Below are positions 50,163 to 63,116 of a DNA stretch of 64,000 nucleotides, piece by piece. Made by a program: the position numbers and the translations under genes. Source of the stretch: Carcharhinus amblyrhynchos (Eukaryota); the NCBI GenBank assembly GCA_965287045.1, contig OZ336882.1, positions 6,634,001 to 6,698,000 on the forward strand, in the 5' to 3' direction. Within the stretch, counting starts at the first letter, position 1. Each line of letters opens with the position of its first letter. Below the pieces are notes generated by a model. The model did not search any database and was not told the origin of the DNA. It saw nothing but the letters and a program-made list of their open reading frames with translations.

Positions 50163-50829
50163 GAGATTACATTAAAGTCAAACTTCAATAAAAAAAAGTC
50201 AAAACTAGAAGCTGAATCTTTCTATAACTGAATGTTCTTCGTCTTTGCTTTACTAAAGTGAAAGCAAATCCTATCTCTATTCCAAAATTCTATTGCAACA
50301 AGTTTTGACCCTAAATATGAATCCCATATGCCCAAGCAGGAAACATTCTATAGGTACATTCGTTTAATAATTTCAGCATAGCTGCAGGATTACAGATTTA
50401 AGCGGATATTTCCAGAATAATTTAGTGTTATTCAATACACTTCCAAGACTTACGAAGGTTTAAGGAACATTCTGATAATGTTTCATCAGTTCTCAACTGT
50501 GGTGACCAGAACCTGAAGGAATATACTTGTTGTTACTTAACCAGAGCTTTATACAAGTTCGTCATAACTTTCCTGCTTTCGGAAAATCTAAATTCCATAC
50601 GTTTTACTCTCCAAAAATACATTGCACCTTCAAAGATTTGCGCACTCGAAAGGGTCACATTTCCACTTTAAACTCTTGAGAACTAAGGTATTCCTGGTTA
50701 TCCTACCAGCCAAAACGCATCTCCTCACACACTTTTCTCTAATAAATTCCATCTACTAATTTCCTGCCCATTGTACCAGGCTCCCTGTATCTCGAACTCT
50801 CTTTCCATCTGAAAAAACACTATTTCTCA

Positions 50830-51715
50830 CGACTGGAGATGTTTGGTCTTGAAGTCATTGTTTATCCAATTTGACGCTGACCATCTTATTCAATATGCTG
50901 CAATATGAGTAAGCGACATTTTACTTCATCAAACACTTATCTGAAAATTCGTATCGGCAGCATCCAATTATGTTTCAAGTTTATTTGCAATTTCATCAAC
51001 TTCATGTTGATAACTGCAGTTATCTGGTCTCCACATTCACCAAACGTTTGTCACTTGTTGCAACAATCGCTTGCCTTGCAAAATTTGCAGCTGTTCTACC
51101 CACGCAGAGTAAAAAACGGAACTAACAGCAGCCTGGCAGAGAAAAACAAATTATGACTCTGCGAAGCTTCTGTCGTTAGTGCACTGCTCCAGATTAGTAA
51201 GACTTGTACAACGTGTGCTGGATGGATAGTTGGTGGATATTAGTGCAGCAACTAGGAGACAATCATCAATGACCAGTCCTCCAGAGCGTGAACATTCAGA
51301 GTGGTATTGGAGAGGAGAGGAACAACGGAAAGTTCAGCTGGCTGACTAGGAGGTTCGGAGAAAACAAAACAGCGAATCCCACACCTTCACAGTCTATTAT
51401 GTTCCTTTCAGCCAATGTTGCAGGAGCTATCATGACAGAGTGTGGCTTCTTATCCACAACTGGTGCTGTTTAGTACAGAATGGACGTAAACTAACATTTC
51501 ATGACGTGGAAGGCTGCAACATTGAGTATATAGATTGATATTATATGCATAGCCAGATGCAGGATTGTAAAGGCAATTCGAAAAGTTGTTTTCATACTCA
51601 GGTCTGAAAATACAATTAGTATTCCTTTTATTGACTTCATAACAGTATTATGTGCATAACTTTTCATAGAATGTTCACAACTCAATTTTGTTGGGATTTT
51701 GCTTGAACAGTAAAG
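50830..51715 (-). pseudogene. Decayed Pcdh relic D (EC1-EC3)
   Basis: In order on the minus strand: KGILIV (NGILFV), GVGFAVLFSPNLLV (GTRFPLQSAHDPDV), TLNVHALEDWSLMIVS*LLH (TLDVQNSSDGSKSVSLLLD), and LDAADT...NVAYSYCS (LNATD...DIVYSLSS). Confidence 0.55.
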
Positions 51716-51885
51716 GCCCTATCCTCTCCCAGCCGTTTCCAATGCATTAGGATTCGGAGGAAACGCACACAGACACAGGGAGAATGTGCAAACTTCGCAC
51801 AGACAGTGACTCAAGCCGGGAATCGAGTCTGGGTGCCTGGCATTGTGATGCAGCTATGCTTACCACTGTGCCACCGTGCTGTCCC
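51715..51885 (-). mobile_element. Partial V-SINE
   Basis: Head plus part of the V-domain in reverse orientation. Confidence 0.75.
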
Positions 51886-54800
51886 CAATTTTTGGGAGTA
51901 CCAAGTCATCTCTCAGCATTGAATTAATATTCTGTTTTTATCCTAACAAAGTGAGAACATCATATTTGCACTCCTTATAACCTATCTTCAATTTCCCCAC
52001 TTACTTAATCTATCTACATTCCTTTGTATCTTCCGCCTTGCTCACAATATGCTTTCACAAATACGTTTGCATGGCCAGGAAACTTAGTGACAATATGCTG
52101 TACCCCTTTATCCAAATCATCAATATAAATTGCAAATTTATTGTAAATTGCATGGAGCCTGTGACACTCCATTCGGCCGAAATTCAATTTCTCTTTCTAA
52201 CATCGAAAATTACCAATTTATCACTTCCAGTTACTAATGCTCTGTCAATGCTAACATATCACCCCAATATCAGAGCGTTATAATGAAAGATCTATTTCAT
52301 GTAGCAACTTATCAACTGCCTTCTGGAAATATCTGTTCGTTTATTTTACTTGTACTTTTTCACATCCTCCAAGAACTCTAATTCATTTGTCAAAAACAAA
52401 TTGTCTTTGATAAGCGTGATGATGCTTGTTGTTTACATTGTCATTTCTGAAGTGTCGTGCTCCTGCTTCCTCAATGGTGGAGACTAACAATTTCCTAATG
52501 ACAGATGTTACGTTATCTGGGCTAAAGTTTTCCTGCTTTCTGTTTATCACCTTTCATGAACACATTGGTCGTTTTCCAATCATTTGGGGCTTTTCCAGAA
52601 TCTGGGGATTTTGCGAGATTATACTTTCTCTGTGGCCACTTACATTAACGCCAGAGAAAGCATGACACAAAGGTATTGGGACTTGTTTGTTTTTAATCAC
52701 ATTATGTTTGCACTTTATAGAGATGGCTTGATGTTCCCCCGTCCATGTTTTCCCTTGATGTTCTACTATTGAAGTGTTTTGTACCTTGTACCGTGAGGGT
52801 GGGCACAATGTACCTGTTCAATATATTCTGTTGAAGTTAGTAGTTATATTGATTGACAAATATATAAGGCATTGAAAAAGGCATCAAAGGTAAGTTATTA
52901 TTGAGGATGTAACAGGAGAAATGCAGAAGGAAATATATTACATTAAATACGACACCACTGAGAAGTTGATCACAACCAAAAATAAAGTCTGAAAACACAA
53001 ATTATTTCCAGCCATATTATGAATCATTTGTCAACATTACTGACTTGCAGACAAAGGAACAAAAGTTGAGAATTTTAGAATACAATCGTGTCTTAACACA
53101 GAATATGAGAGCAAAGATCCAAATATCTTGTAGAACCATGTTTACGAGAGGAATTTGTTTAGATGGTCACTCGAGTTATAACTGAATTCCTTCAACAAAA
53201 AGGTGATAGCTTAATAGATTGGTTACAGCACAGAAAAGGGCCTTTCGAACATTTCCATGTCGACCCTCTTCAAGATCAAATAATCAATCTCCACCACCAG
53301 TTGGCATTTTACTTTATTTTCCTTTGCTTGAAAATCACAATTCCAAATACTCGTGATAATGCATTCCAGATCCCAACCAATCAATGCGTAAGAACATTTT
53401 CCTTAATCACCGTTAGTTCTGTTGCCAATCAACTTACATCAGTGTTGCCTGCTTCACGACTCAAATCAATGATAATATTTGGTCTTTATCGACATTGTCT
53501 AGATGTTTCTAGATTTGAAGCGCTCCTATCAAGCCTCCTTTCAACCTTCCTTTCTTTAAGAAGAATTATTTCAGTTTCTCCAATCTACCACTCTACAAAT
53601 GAAAGAACTGGTCTCTGGGCCCATTCTCGCATAATCTTTTCAGTGTCCTCTGTAAAACCGTCACAGTATATTGTCATCAATGGACACAACCGTACACTGA
53701 GAATGCACCAGAGTTTTATAAATGGCAATCAAAATGTCTATTGTTTAATACAATGAAAACGATCAGAATGCTATCATTGTTATTACATGAGGAATGTACG
53801 GAATGCTCGAAGGTGAACGAGAAAGGAATTGTTACAGCAGCAAATATTTCAATTTTCCTGAAAGTGTCTCCTAAAACTTTTCCTTCTTAACTAGTTCTCC
53901 GTTTACTGGAGAGCATGCGAACAGCACCATAGTCATTCTTGAGAAGCAAATACTGTTCTTTGATTTGGAGATGCGGCCTTTTTAGTATTGTGAGTTTCCC
54001 TCTTGGTTTTTCATGTGACTGAAGCAGGCCGTTTCTTAAGGCGCAGATTTTTAGGTTCATATGGCAGAATGCCCCAAGAGGTCGTGGGATCCGGAGTGTA
54101 GAACTTGTTTCCTTTTGTTTCAGTAGCTACCACCACTCTGCCTCAACATTAAAGGGTTTGAAGTCAAGCTTGACGGGCAAGTTGTTACCAATTCAAACAA
54201 TTGGTAGCAAGCTCCTCTCTGGCATTAAAGCCCATGCTGTTGCCCTTCAAGGAGAGTTTCAGATAGTCTTTGTAGCGTATTCTTTCTGATCCCATGTAAC
54301 ATCGCTGATTTGAGGGTTGGAAAAACAGAATATGCTGGGCGAGTTGTTCTGTTATCTGGATGCAATGTTTAATTCTTCACTGTTGATATTTTGCATGAAT
54401 ACGCGAAGAGGTGGCTTCAAGAAGGACATCAGCCTTTGTTCAGAGGTCTTTCTATTTAGGTTGGAGGATGTGACCGAGTCACGATTTGAGGGATTTCTCT
54501 CCTTCTTGTGCACGCAGAATCCATGTCACATTTGACAGCATTGGCTCTGCCTTTTGAAGACTTACAGAAGTTTTTTGGCAAGCGCTTGTTGCCATTTTTA
54601 CTGAGCTTGCATAAGTGATCAATTACTGAAAGAAGTGGCGGCCAGGTTTTGGGAAATGTTCAACGTATTGCAATCTCTCTGTCAACATATATTGTAGGTG
54701 ATTTGGCTGAATTGATTCGTTCGCTTTATTTCGGTATTATTCAAGAGCAGGTCGAATCGCTTTTGTTAGATTTGAAGAGACCGAGAGTGATTTGCTAATC

Positions 54801-55779
54801 TGATGTAGATTGGGAACTAACTCTGCAGTTATACGCAAACTGTAGTTCACGTATACTTATGGTGGCCACTTCAGTTGTGACATAGAGGCGACTAATGGGA
54901 GAGTGTTCCGCTGATACACCAGAGGGCGGATTTTCGATAAGGTGAATAACCACAGCCAGGTAGATTGCAAAAACTATAAGTGTTATCAGAGAGCTTTGCT
55001 TGGCACTGGTTCAGATTTTCAAGGGGATTGTTTCAGAACTTGAACTCAAAACAGACTCAGTCAAGTCATCACGAAGCAGCTGCAGGGTTGGGATGAAGTT
55101 TCTGGGACATCTAAACTGCTGGAGTACCATTCACGTAGCCTCGCGATTAACTGAGCCAAATGCTTAGGTCCAGTTGATGAACGTATTGAGTAATTTCTGT
55201 TTTTGTCCTGAGAAATATTCTTGGATTTGTCTGTCAATGATTACCATGTCAGAGGGTCTGCTGCAAAGCATAAGCTGTCTTTGGGTGTTTTTCCTCAGCC
55301 ATAGGAAGTGTGGGATTCGGGGAACTAATGTCAGGACATTTTCTCCGAGGAACATTGTTCAATCATCAGCGAACATCCCCACTTCAAACCTTATGATGGA
55401 AGGAAGGTCACTGATGAAACATTTGAAGATGGTAGGGCTGAGACACTACTAGAGGAACTTCTGCATTGATGTCCTGAAGTTGAGATGATTGACCTCAACA
55501 ACACAACCATCTTCCTTGTGCGAGGCACGATTCCAACCAGCGGATGATTTTCCTCCTGATTCCCATCAAGTCCAATTCTATTAGGGCTTCTTGATAGTAT
55601 TTTGGGTAAAACGACACATTCATGTCAACGGCAGTCACTCTCACCTCACAAAACTGGCGTTCAGCTTTTGTCCCTGTTGGAACAGGGACTCTCCCTCTTC
55701 ATTTTTGTTGCTAATACTTTTCTCAGTTCCCTGGCTTTCGATGATATATATTTTTCTTGTTAATACGATCCTTAACCAG

Positions 55780-56103
55780 AGGAGGTGATGGCCCAGCAGT
55801 ATTTTCGCGACGCCATTAAGCCAGAAATTCACGAATGTTCCAAAGTAGATGGTGGAATTTGAATTCAATAAATAAACTATCAGGAATTAAGAATCTTGTT
55901 GAAACCATTGTCAGTTGTCGGAAATACCCACCGCGTTCACTATTGTCCTTTAGGGTAGGAAATCTGCCTTTCTTATCTGATCTGGCCTATGTGTGACTCC
56001 AGAGCCACAGCAACGTGGTTGACTCTCAACTGCTCTTCGACAACCAGAGGTGGGCAATAAATGCTGGCCAGCCAGTCTCGCCCATGTCCCACCAATGAAT
56101 GAA
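55780..56103 (+). mobile_element. Second SINE family copy
   Basis: GTGGAATTTGAATTC...GTGACTCCAGAGCCACAGC...GGGCAATAAATGCTGGCC...ATGAATGAA. Confidence 0.72.
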
Positions 56104-56159
56104 ATTTCCCTTCCAGGAATCCTTCTCCCTCACTTAGACATGTCTTTGTTGTTAGTCAC

Positions 56160-57640
56160 GAACTATTTTCATACACATCTATCATTTTTTATCAACTGCA
56201 GTTTCTGCTCAACTCTTTTTTCTGCCCAACCACCTCTGCTCTCATGGCTTTATAATTAACTTTCTCTAATTTTCGCACAGATGTTTGTGACCCAATTTTA
56301 GCACTCACAACCTGAATGCTAAATTCTACCATGTTGTTACCATTGTTTCCTAGGAGATCTTTTGCTCTGAGATTTTAATAACACAGCCTCATTACATATT
56401 ACCAGGTCTACAGCAGTCTGATCCTTGGTGAGGTCCATAACAATTTGTTCAAGGAAACTTCTGATAAATGCCATGATTCCTTCCTGATGGCTGAAACCTG
56501 CCAATTTGATTTTCACAATTCAAAAGTCACCAACAATTAATGTACTGCCTTTTTTACTTTCCTTCATTATCTACCCATTTTTTGTCTGTCCTATAGCATG
56601 GCTACTAATAGGGAGGCTATAGACTACTCTCACGAGTGTCTTCCGTTTGTTGTTTCTTACCTCCACCTATCTTGATTCCATATCTTCTGATCTAAGACCA
56701 TTTCTTGCAACCGTACTTATTCCACCTCCTATAAATAAAGCTACCCCATCCATCTTTCCTTCGTGCCTATCCTGACGAAAAGTCACAAACCACTGAATAT
56801 TTATTTCCCAGCTTTGAACTCGTTGTAAATACGACTCAGTAATGGCTATATTAGATCATCCGTTAACCTTGATTTGTGTTGTGAGCTCATTTATCTTGTG
56901 CGGAATGCTACGTGTATTTAAGCAAAGAGACATTATTTTTCTCTTTTTACCATAATTTCCCATTTACCTCCATGCGTTGCTTTATAATGTTTGTACGCTC
57001 GTTTCCTTTTTGGCACATTCGTTACCTAAATAGTGCCCTGCAATGCTTCCATGCACTTTTGCTTTGCACCCTACATGTCCCCTCACAGATCTACTGATCA
57101 CCGATCACCCCCCAGACCCCGCCCTCCCCGCCCCTATCACCATTTTTTTCTTTGAGAGCCCTGGCTACTTCTATAGTAATATGGTTTGCAAGAATACAGG
57201 TCCCAGCACAGTTCCAGATGTATGCAGTCTCACCAGGACATCCCAAATTTCCCATTACTGACGTCGCTGCCCCAGAAACTGAAACAACTGCTCCAAACAA
57301 ATCTTTGAACCACGTATTCATCTCTCTAATTGTATACACTCTCTGCCAATTTGCACGTGGCTCAGGAAATAATCCAGAGAATATAACCATGGAAGGCCTG
57401 TTTTTTAACTTAATGCCCAGCTCCTTAGACTCCTTATAAAAAACCTCTTTCCTCGTTTTACCTACGTCTCTTCGACATACGCGGACCACGACAGCGGGAT
57501 CCTCCATCTCTCATTGCAAGCTCCTCGTCAGGTCGGAGCAGATGTCCAGAACTTTGGCTGAGGGCAGGCAACAAAGACTTCTGTACTTCCACTCTCTTCT
57601 GCAGACAACCGCCCTGGTGTCCCTCACTATACCCTCTAGG
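56160..57640 (-). mobile_element. CR1 LINE 5' part (ORF1 esterase-like domain and ORF2 endonuclease start)
   Basis: ORF 57091-57507 EDPAVVV.V...DVGK...VIFSGLFPEPRA; CLNTRSIPHKINEL near 56900. Confidence 0.8.
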
Positions 57641-57659
57641 TTGCGAGTAAATCGTGGCA

Positions 57660-58310
57660 TTGCTGTCGCTGAATTCCAAATTATCAACATCCTGGGCATT
57701 AGAATAACCAGAAAATAAAGTGGCCTAGATATCTCATTAATGTGTGTGCGACAGAAGATCAGAGGCTAGGAATTTTGCAGGAGTAACGCACCACCCGACT
57801 CTCCAAAGCCTGTCCGCAACCTACAAGTTAGAACTGTGATAGAATAATCTCCAATTTCCTGGATGAGTGCAATTGCAACAACACACAAGAAGCTTAACAC
57901 CATCCACAGCAAAGCAGTACCCTTAATTGGCAGAATTTACACAGACATTCACCCCGTCCAACACTGTTAAACAGTGGGAGATCGGTGTGTCATCTGCAAG
58001 ATGCACTGCAGGAACTCAGTAAAGATCCTTCGACAGTATCTTTTAAACCTGTGACAGCTGTTTTGGGCAGCAGATGCCAAGCAACACCGGCACTTGAGGT
58101 TCCCCGTCAAGTCACTCATCATCTTGTCTTCCTGCACTGTTGCTGGGACAGAACCCTGGAACTCCCTCCCTAGCAACACTTTTGGTGTACCCACACCTCA
58201 GGGCTGCAACCGTCAAAGAAGCGACTTGCTCACCACTTTCCCAAGGGCAAGTAGGAATGGGCAGTAAATGCTGAACTAGGCAGCGGAACATACATCCTGT
58301 AAATAAATGC
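57660..58310 (+). mobile_element. LINE 3' end of a second CR1/L2-clade family; related fragments at about 25170-26000 (-), 48400-49140 (+) and 55345-55680 (-)
   Basis: Shared blocks EYSP..W...T...L..IQ, TGGAACTCCCTCCCTAGC and the tail GGAATGGGCAGTAAATGCTG. Confidence 0.7.
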
Positions 58311-58701
58311 ATATATAAATCCCCGAATGTGCCCAGCACCACCGGCAGGACAGACTTTCCAGAGGTAGTAGCACAGTAGCATACATTCTGGAGCGACGTG
58401 AATTAGGAGTCATCAAAATTGACCCTGGACCCCACGAAATCTCAAGGCATCAGGTCAAAGATGGCCAAGGAAACCTCCTTACTGGCTAACAGCTACTGTC
58501 TCAACCCTCCCTCTTCTTACATTACAGTACTCCTCAATTTTGAACGCCACATTCAAGAAGTAGTGATGACGCCAAAGGTAGAAAATATACTCTTCGTGCT
58601 ATTTTTAATCTCCATTACCAAGGGTAGTTCGGAAGAATCACCATTGACCCGTTTGGGTGAGCCCTAAAGTATAGAGCTTCTCGGCTGGGTGTGTGACAGG
58701 T

Positions 58702-58798
58702 CACAGTAAGAAGTCTCACAACACCAGGCTAAAGTCCAACAGATTCATTTGATAGTAAACGCCACAAGCTTTCGGAACACTGTTCCTTCGTCAGGTGT
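58702..58798 (-). ncRNA. Single arm of the same element with the best-preserved minimal type-I hammerhead-like motif (58763-58797)
   Basis: The minus strand reads CAC-CTGACGA-A-GGAAC-AGT-GTTCC-GAAA-GC-TT-GTG. Activity is untested. Confidence 0.6.
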
Positions 58799-58829
58799 GT
58801 CGGGTCACCAGGGGACGTGTAACCTTGCA

Positions 58830-59360
58830 CATTCTTTCATTCTGGATGGCAAACCAATTCCCTTTTGAATACCTTGATCGAACCTGCCTCTACTACCTTC
58901 TCAGGACGTTTATTTCACACAAAAACAACCCTCTGGGTAAAAACAAAATCTCATTTTACTTGTCCTAGTTTTGCCTATTATTGTGAATCTGTGCCCTTTA
59001 GTTCTTGATGCTCTGTTGAGTGGGAACAGTTTCTTACTATTTGCTCGGTCCACACCCCTCGGGATCTCGAATACTTCTATCACGTCTCTTCTCAGCTATT
59101 TTTTGTTTCTCCAAGCACAACAGTTCCAACTTCTCTAATCTGTCCTAGTACATACATTGTTTACCACGCGAATGATTCTTGTGAATTTCCTCCACCCCTT
59201 CCAGTGCCTTTACACCCTTTCTCAAGTATGGCGCTGAGAACTGGATGCAGAACTCCAGATGAGACCAAACTAGTGTGGAATATATTTCAATATTCCCTCC
59301 TCACTCTTGTACTTCATGCCCCATTACTAAATCAGGATATAATACTTGCTTTATTAACTG
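58830..59360 (-). mobile_element. Old CR1 3' fragment
   Basis: GAACTGGATGCAGAACTCCAG is the reverse complement of LEFCIQF; AACCCTCTGGGTAAAA is the reverse complement of FTQRV. Confidence 0.7.
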
Positions 59361-60483
59361 CTGAAAGGGTTAGTAATCACATAAGTTTAAAAATCACACA
59401 ACCTGTTGTGAAAAAAATAAATGTCTTCTTATAAGAGCCGTCACAGACGGACATCAAGGCTATTAGTCTGGCAAATCTCATTAAATCAGACATCTTTAAC
59501 TAGGCGGAAGGAAGTCACCTGTACGATAATAAGTTACAGCAATAATCTATTACGTTTTCACGCTGGTTGGATCTTATAATGAAACATGGATAAAGTATTG
59601 TGATTGGTATATGTTAATTACTTGTAATTGAATTTGAAAACCATAATTAATTGTGCATGTTGGAATGCGCCACTCTGTCAATCTACAGAGATGTGTGCTG
59701 TATTGTCCAGCGTCCTTGCTGTAGTTTGCATTAAAACAGCTGTTTAAGACAACTTTGGTTTCGTTACTCAAAGAGTAGAGCTGTGATCATTTAAAAGGCT
59801 GACATCAATGCCTGCAATACTGCCCTGTCAGCATGCCGAACCATTTTAATGATCTATGTACATATACACGAAGTTCCTTTAAATTTCTGCGCCTCATTTA
59901 TTGTTCTAGCCTTTATTGTATACTTTCACTCCATATGCCCCCTCCCAAACTTAATCACCACCCCCTCCCCCACCCCGCTTCTCTGCATTGAACTTTATCG
60001 TTCACTTCACTGCCCAATGCACCAATATGCCTGTTTCCTTTGTTTGCATGTTTCTGTAGCCAAGGACGATCATATTCCTCGAAACAATACAGCAAAAATT
60101 ACATTTAGTAAATTACAAAGGACTGGAAGAAGAATAGTGCTTATGGTACCAACATACAAATTATAAGTAAACAACCTACTCTGCAATTAATTTGCATGCA
60201 AGAACTGTTCTGAACAATGGTAACCGTACAATCTGCAGAGGTGTGCAATTCCTATCTTCTAAATAAGTCACTAAAAGCCACATAAGCTGCTTTATTCAAA
60301 CATATATGAGTTTTACAGCCATACTGCTGAATACATTATGAAGTGGCCATCACCTCTCTCTATTAACTGTGTTACAGCAAGGACAATTAAGTCATGGTTG
60401 ACCAAATGCAGATATGGCCATTTATCATCCTGTGATAAGCAAATATAATAGTTATTCATGAATTGTTGCACTGAACATCTTAC

Positions 60484-62925
60484 CACATCAGTGTCATTGG
60501 CGAAATTATATGCTGTCGTCTCAATCCATTCCGAAAAAGCATTGTCAACATTGGTAACATAATTTCTATATTCTGGAGGCCCGCACTGTTGAAAGACCAA
60601 AGATGAACCCTGGGGAGTCCTTTCTTCTGAAGGTACCTTGTAGCTGTGCGTTTGGCAAAGAGATCCTGTTCCGCGAACTTCAATGCAATTGGAAATTACA
60701 TTAGAGTCCGTTGCTATTTGAAAGTTAATGTGTGGATTTCTGAACTCCTTATTCTTGTTGTTGCCCCCGGAATGGCAACAGCTTGCGAGATGGCTGCCAC
60801 GGCCCGTGTGGCATATCATTGCAATGAGAACAATAACACCAATCATAAGAAGGAATGTGATTCCACCTAAAGAAATTATTATATAAAATGCTAGGTCTGA
60901 CGAATATTCATCAGCTTGTGGTACACTCCTCAGGTCAGAATGTACTTCTGCAATGGTATCCGTTATGGAGAGTTCTATAGTTGTAGAGGTTGATAGAGCT
61001 GGATATCCATTGTCATGCACAACGATAACGAGAGTTTGCACCGTAAAATCGTGATTTCCAAATCGGCGAATTGTTTTGACTGCCCCAGAACTCTGTCCAA
61101 CAATGAAAATTCCCGGGTTCGCATCTTGAATAAGTCGAAAGGAAAGACGGGCATTCTGCCCTGAATCAGCATCCGTTGCCATTACCTTGGTAACCAGATA
61201 GCCTGGATCAGCAGATCGTGGAACAGTTATCTGAAGACCGTTCTGTGGCAAAGGCGACACGATTACGGGTGCATTGTCATTCTGATCCAGGATAATCATG
61301 TTTACTGTAACGTTGGCACTCAGTGATACTATTCCACCATCTTGTGCCAGCACTTGGAACTGAATGTTTTTCATCTGCTCATAATCAAACGAACGTTGGG
61401 CATAAATAGTACCGTTTTCTGAACTAATAGAAACATATGATAAAACAGGAACGCCACTAATTCTTGTGTTCATTATAGAGTAAGAAATACGTGCATTTAT
61501 GTCTAAGTCTGAGTCCATTGCAGATACTGAAAAAATAGAAGTCCCAGGAGTGTTGTTTTCCATAATATAGCCCCGATACGAAGGTTGCGAAAAACGCGGT
61601 GGATTGTCATTAATGTCTCTTACGTGAATTACTATTGTTTTGTTCGTAGAGAGAGGAGGGGACCCAGAGTCTTTGCACAAAATATCAACATTATATTTAG
61701 ATACAACTTCTCTGTCCAGCATATCCCTGGTGACCAAAGTGAAGGAATCCTTAAAAGAGGATTTCAGTTGAAATGGGAGATAACTGGGAATATGACAATT
61801 GTTTTTTCCATTGTCCCCTGAATCTAGATCAGTTACACTAATCACAGCAATCATAGTTCCAATTGGAGAATCCTCGCGGACTGTGCTGTATGTTGACATT
61901 AGCTTCACTTCTGGGGCGTTGTCATTTACATCCTCAATGTTGACCAAAACAGTACAATGCACAGGCACTGCATATGAGCCTTTATCCTTCGCCACAACGT
62001 TAATCTCGAAACTTTTATTTTCTTCGAAATCGATCAGTGCTTTCACTCGAAGGTTTCCTGTTGTGCGCTCCAAGGTAAAGAGCTTTCGCACTTTATCGGG
62101 ATTGTACTTACCAAGGTAATACTCTATGTCGCTATTTAATCCTTCATCCGTGTCGGTTGCGTTAAGTTTGATCACCAAAGTACCCACCGGCATGTTTTCC
62201 AATAATTTGACCGTGTACAAAGACTGGTGAAATATAGGTGAGTTGTCATTTGCGTCCAAAACTGCAACGGTAATGCGAGCAGTGCCAGATCTCTCTGGTG
62301 AACCACCGTCAATGGCTGTTAACAGTAAATGATGCATGGCTTCTTTTTCTCGATCCAATGCGTTTTGTAGGACGAGTTCCGCTAATTTACGTTCACCGCG
62401 AGTCTGTACCTCCAAAATGAAGTGCTTGTTTGAACTGAGCTGGTACGTACGTACTGAATTTACACCCACATCAGGATCGCGTGCGTCTTCCAAGGGGAAG
62501 CGCATACCCGGTGAAGTTGATTCAAAAATGTCCAAATAAATCTCACCATTAGGGAAACTGGGGGAATTGTCATTTATATCCAGAATTTCGACCTCAGCAC
62601 GATACAAATTCACAGGGTTTTCAGTCACTATCTCCAGTGGAATAACGCAAGTAAGGCTGCCTTTACACAGCTGTTCCCTATCTATTCTTTTGGTCACAAA
62701 TAATATTCCATTGTTCAAATTCACTTCGAAATACTGTGGATGCGGATCAGAGATGATTCGCAAGCTAAGATCTGATAGTTCTTTTAATTTTAAACCCAAG
62801 TCGTTTGCGATATTCCCAACAAAAGTACCTTGCTCCAGCTCCTCGGGAATGGAATATCGGACCTGCCCAGAAACGAGATGACAGATACAAAACAGCAAAA
62901 TGGAGGACAAAGCTGTTCTTTCCAT
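60484..62925 (-). CDS. Clustered protocadherin variable exon 5
   Basis: The 870-aa ORF has a signal peptide, CKGSLTC, six EC repeats, a TM and EVRGTGSLCQTHSYKV. Donor GTG|GTAAGA at 60484/60483 is phase 0 (814 codons); the remainder of the ORF is intronic read-through. Confidence 0.95.
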
Positions 62926-63116
62926 TTTATGTCGCTGATCTGCATTTACTCCTACTAAATATCAGATACCCTCGAAAATACTCAGATATTTGTATCCACA
63001 GGGTGAAAATACCTTTTAATAACTTGTTCCTGTAGACTCGAGCCGTAATGAGATGCTGACTCCGCGATTTGGATGCTCGATAAAATGTCTGCGTCATCTT
63101 TCCCCTGCCGGGGGAT

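Noticed and set aside
53163-53756. 197-aa + strand ORF, the longest non-Pcdh ORF
   Set aside because: It overlaps the antisense strand of a decayed CR1 3' end and has no recognisable domain.
59574-59771. KDAGQYSTHLC resembling EC3 KDKGSYAVPVHC, a possible fifth relic; similarly weak hints at 16550-16800, 12544-12753 and 45269-45469
   Set aside because: Each is a single short match without ordered neighbouring landmarks and needs an HMM search.
60313-60483. C-terminal extensions of the Pcdh ORFs beyond the donors (also 9629-9646, 17828-17875, 30983-31060 and 41342-41365)
   Set aside because: They follow consensus phase-0 GT donors and are not conserved between non-duplicate exons. They are treated as intronic read-through, although unspliced isoforms cannot be excluded.
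9860-62881. Many 60-140 aa ORFs antisense or frame-shifted within the Pcdh exons, several recurring between paralogs
   Set aside because: They are shadows of cadherin codon usage and paralogy, with no independent coding signal.
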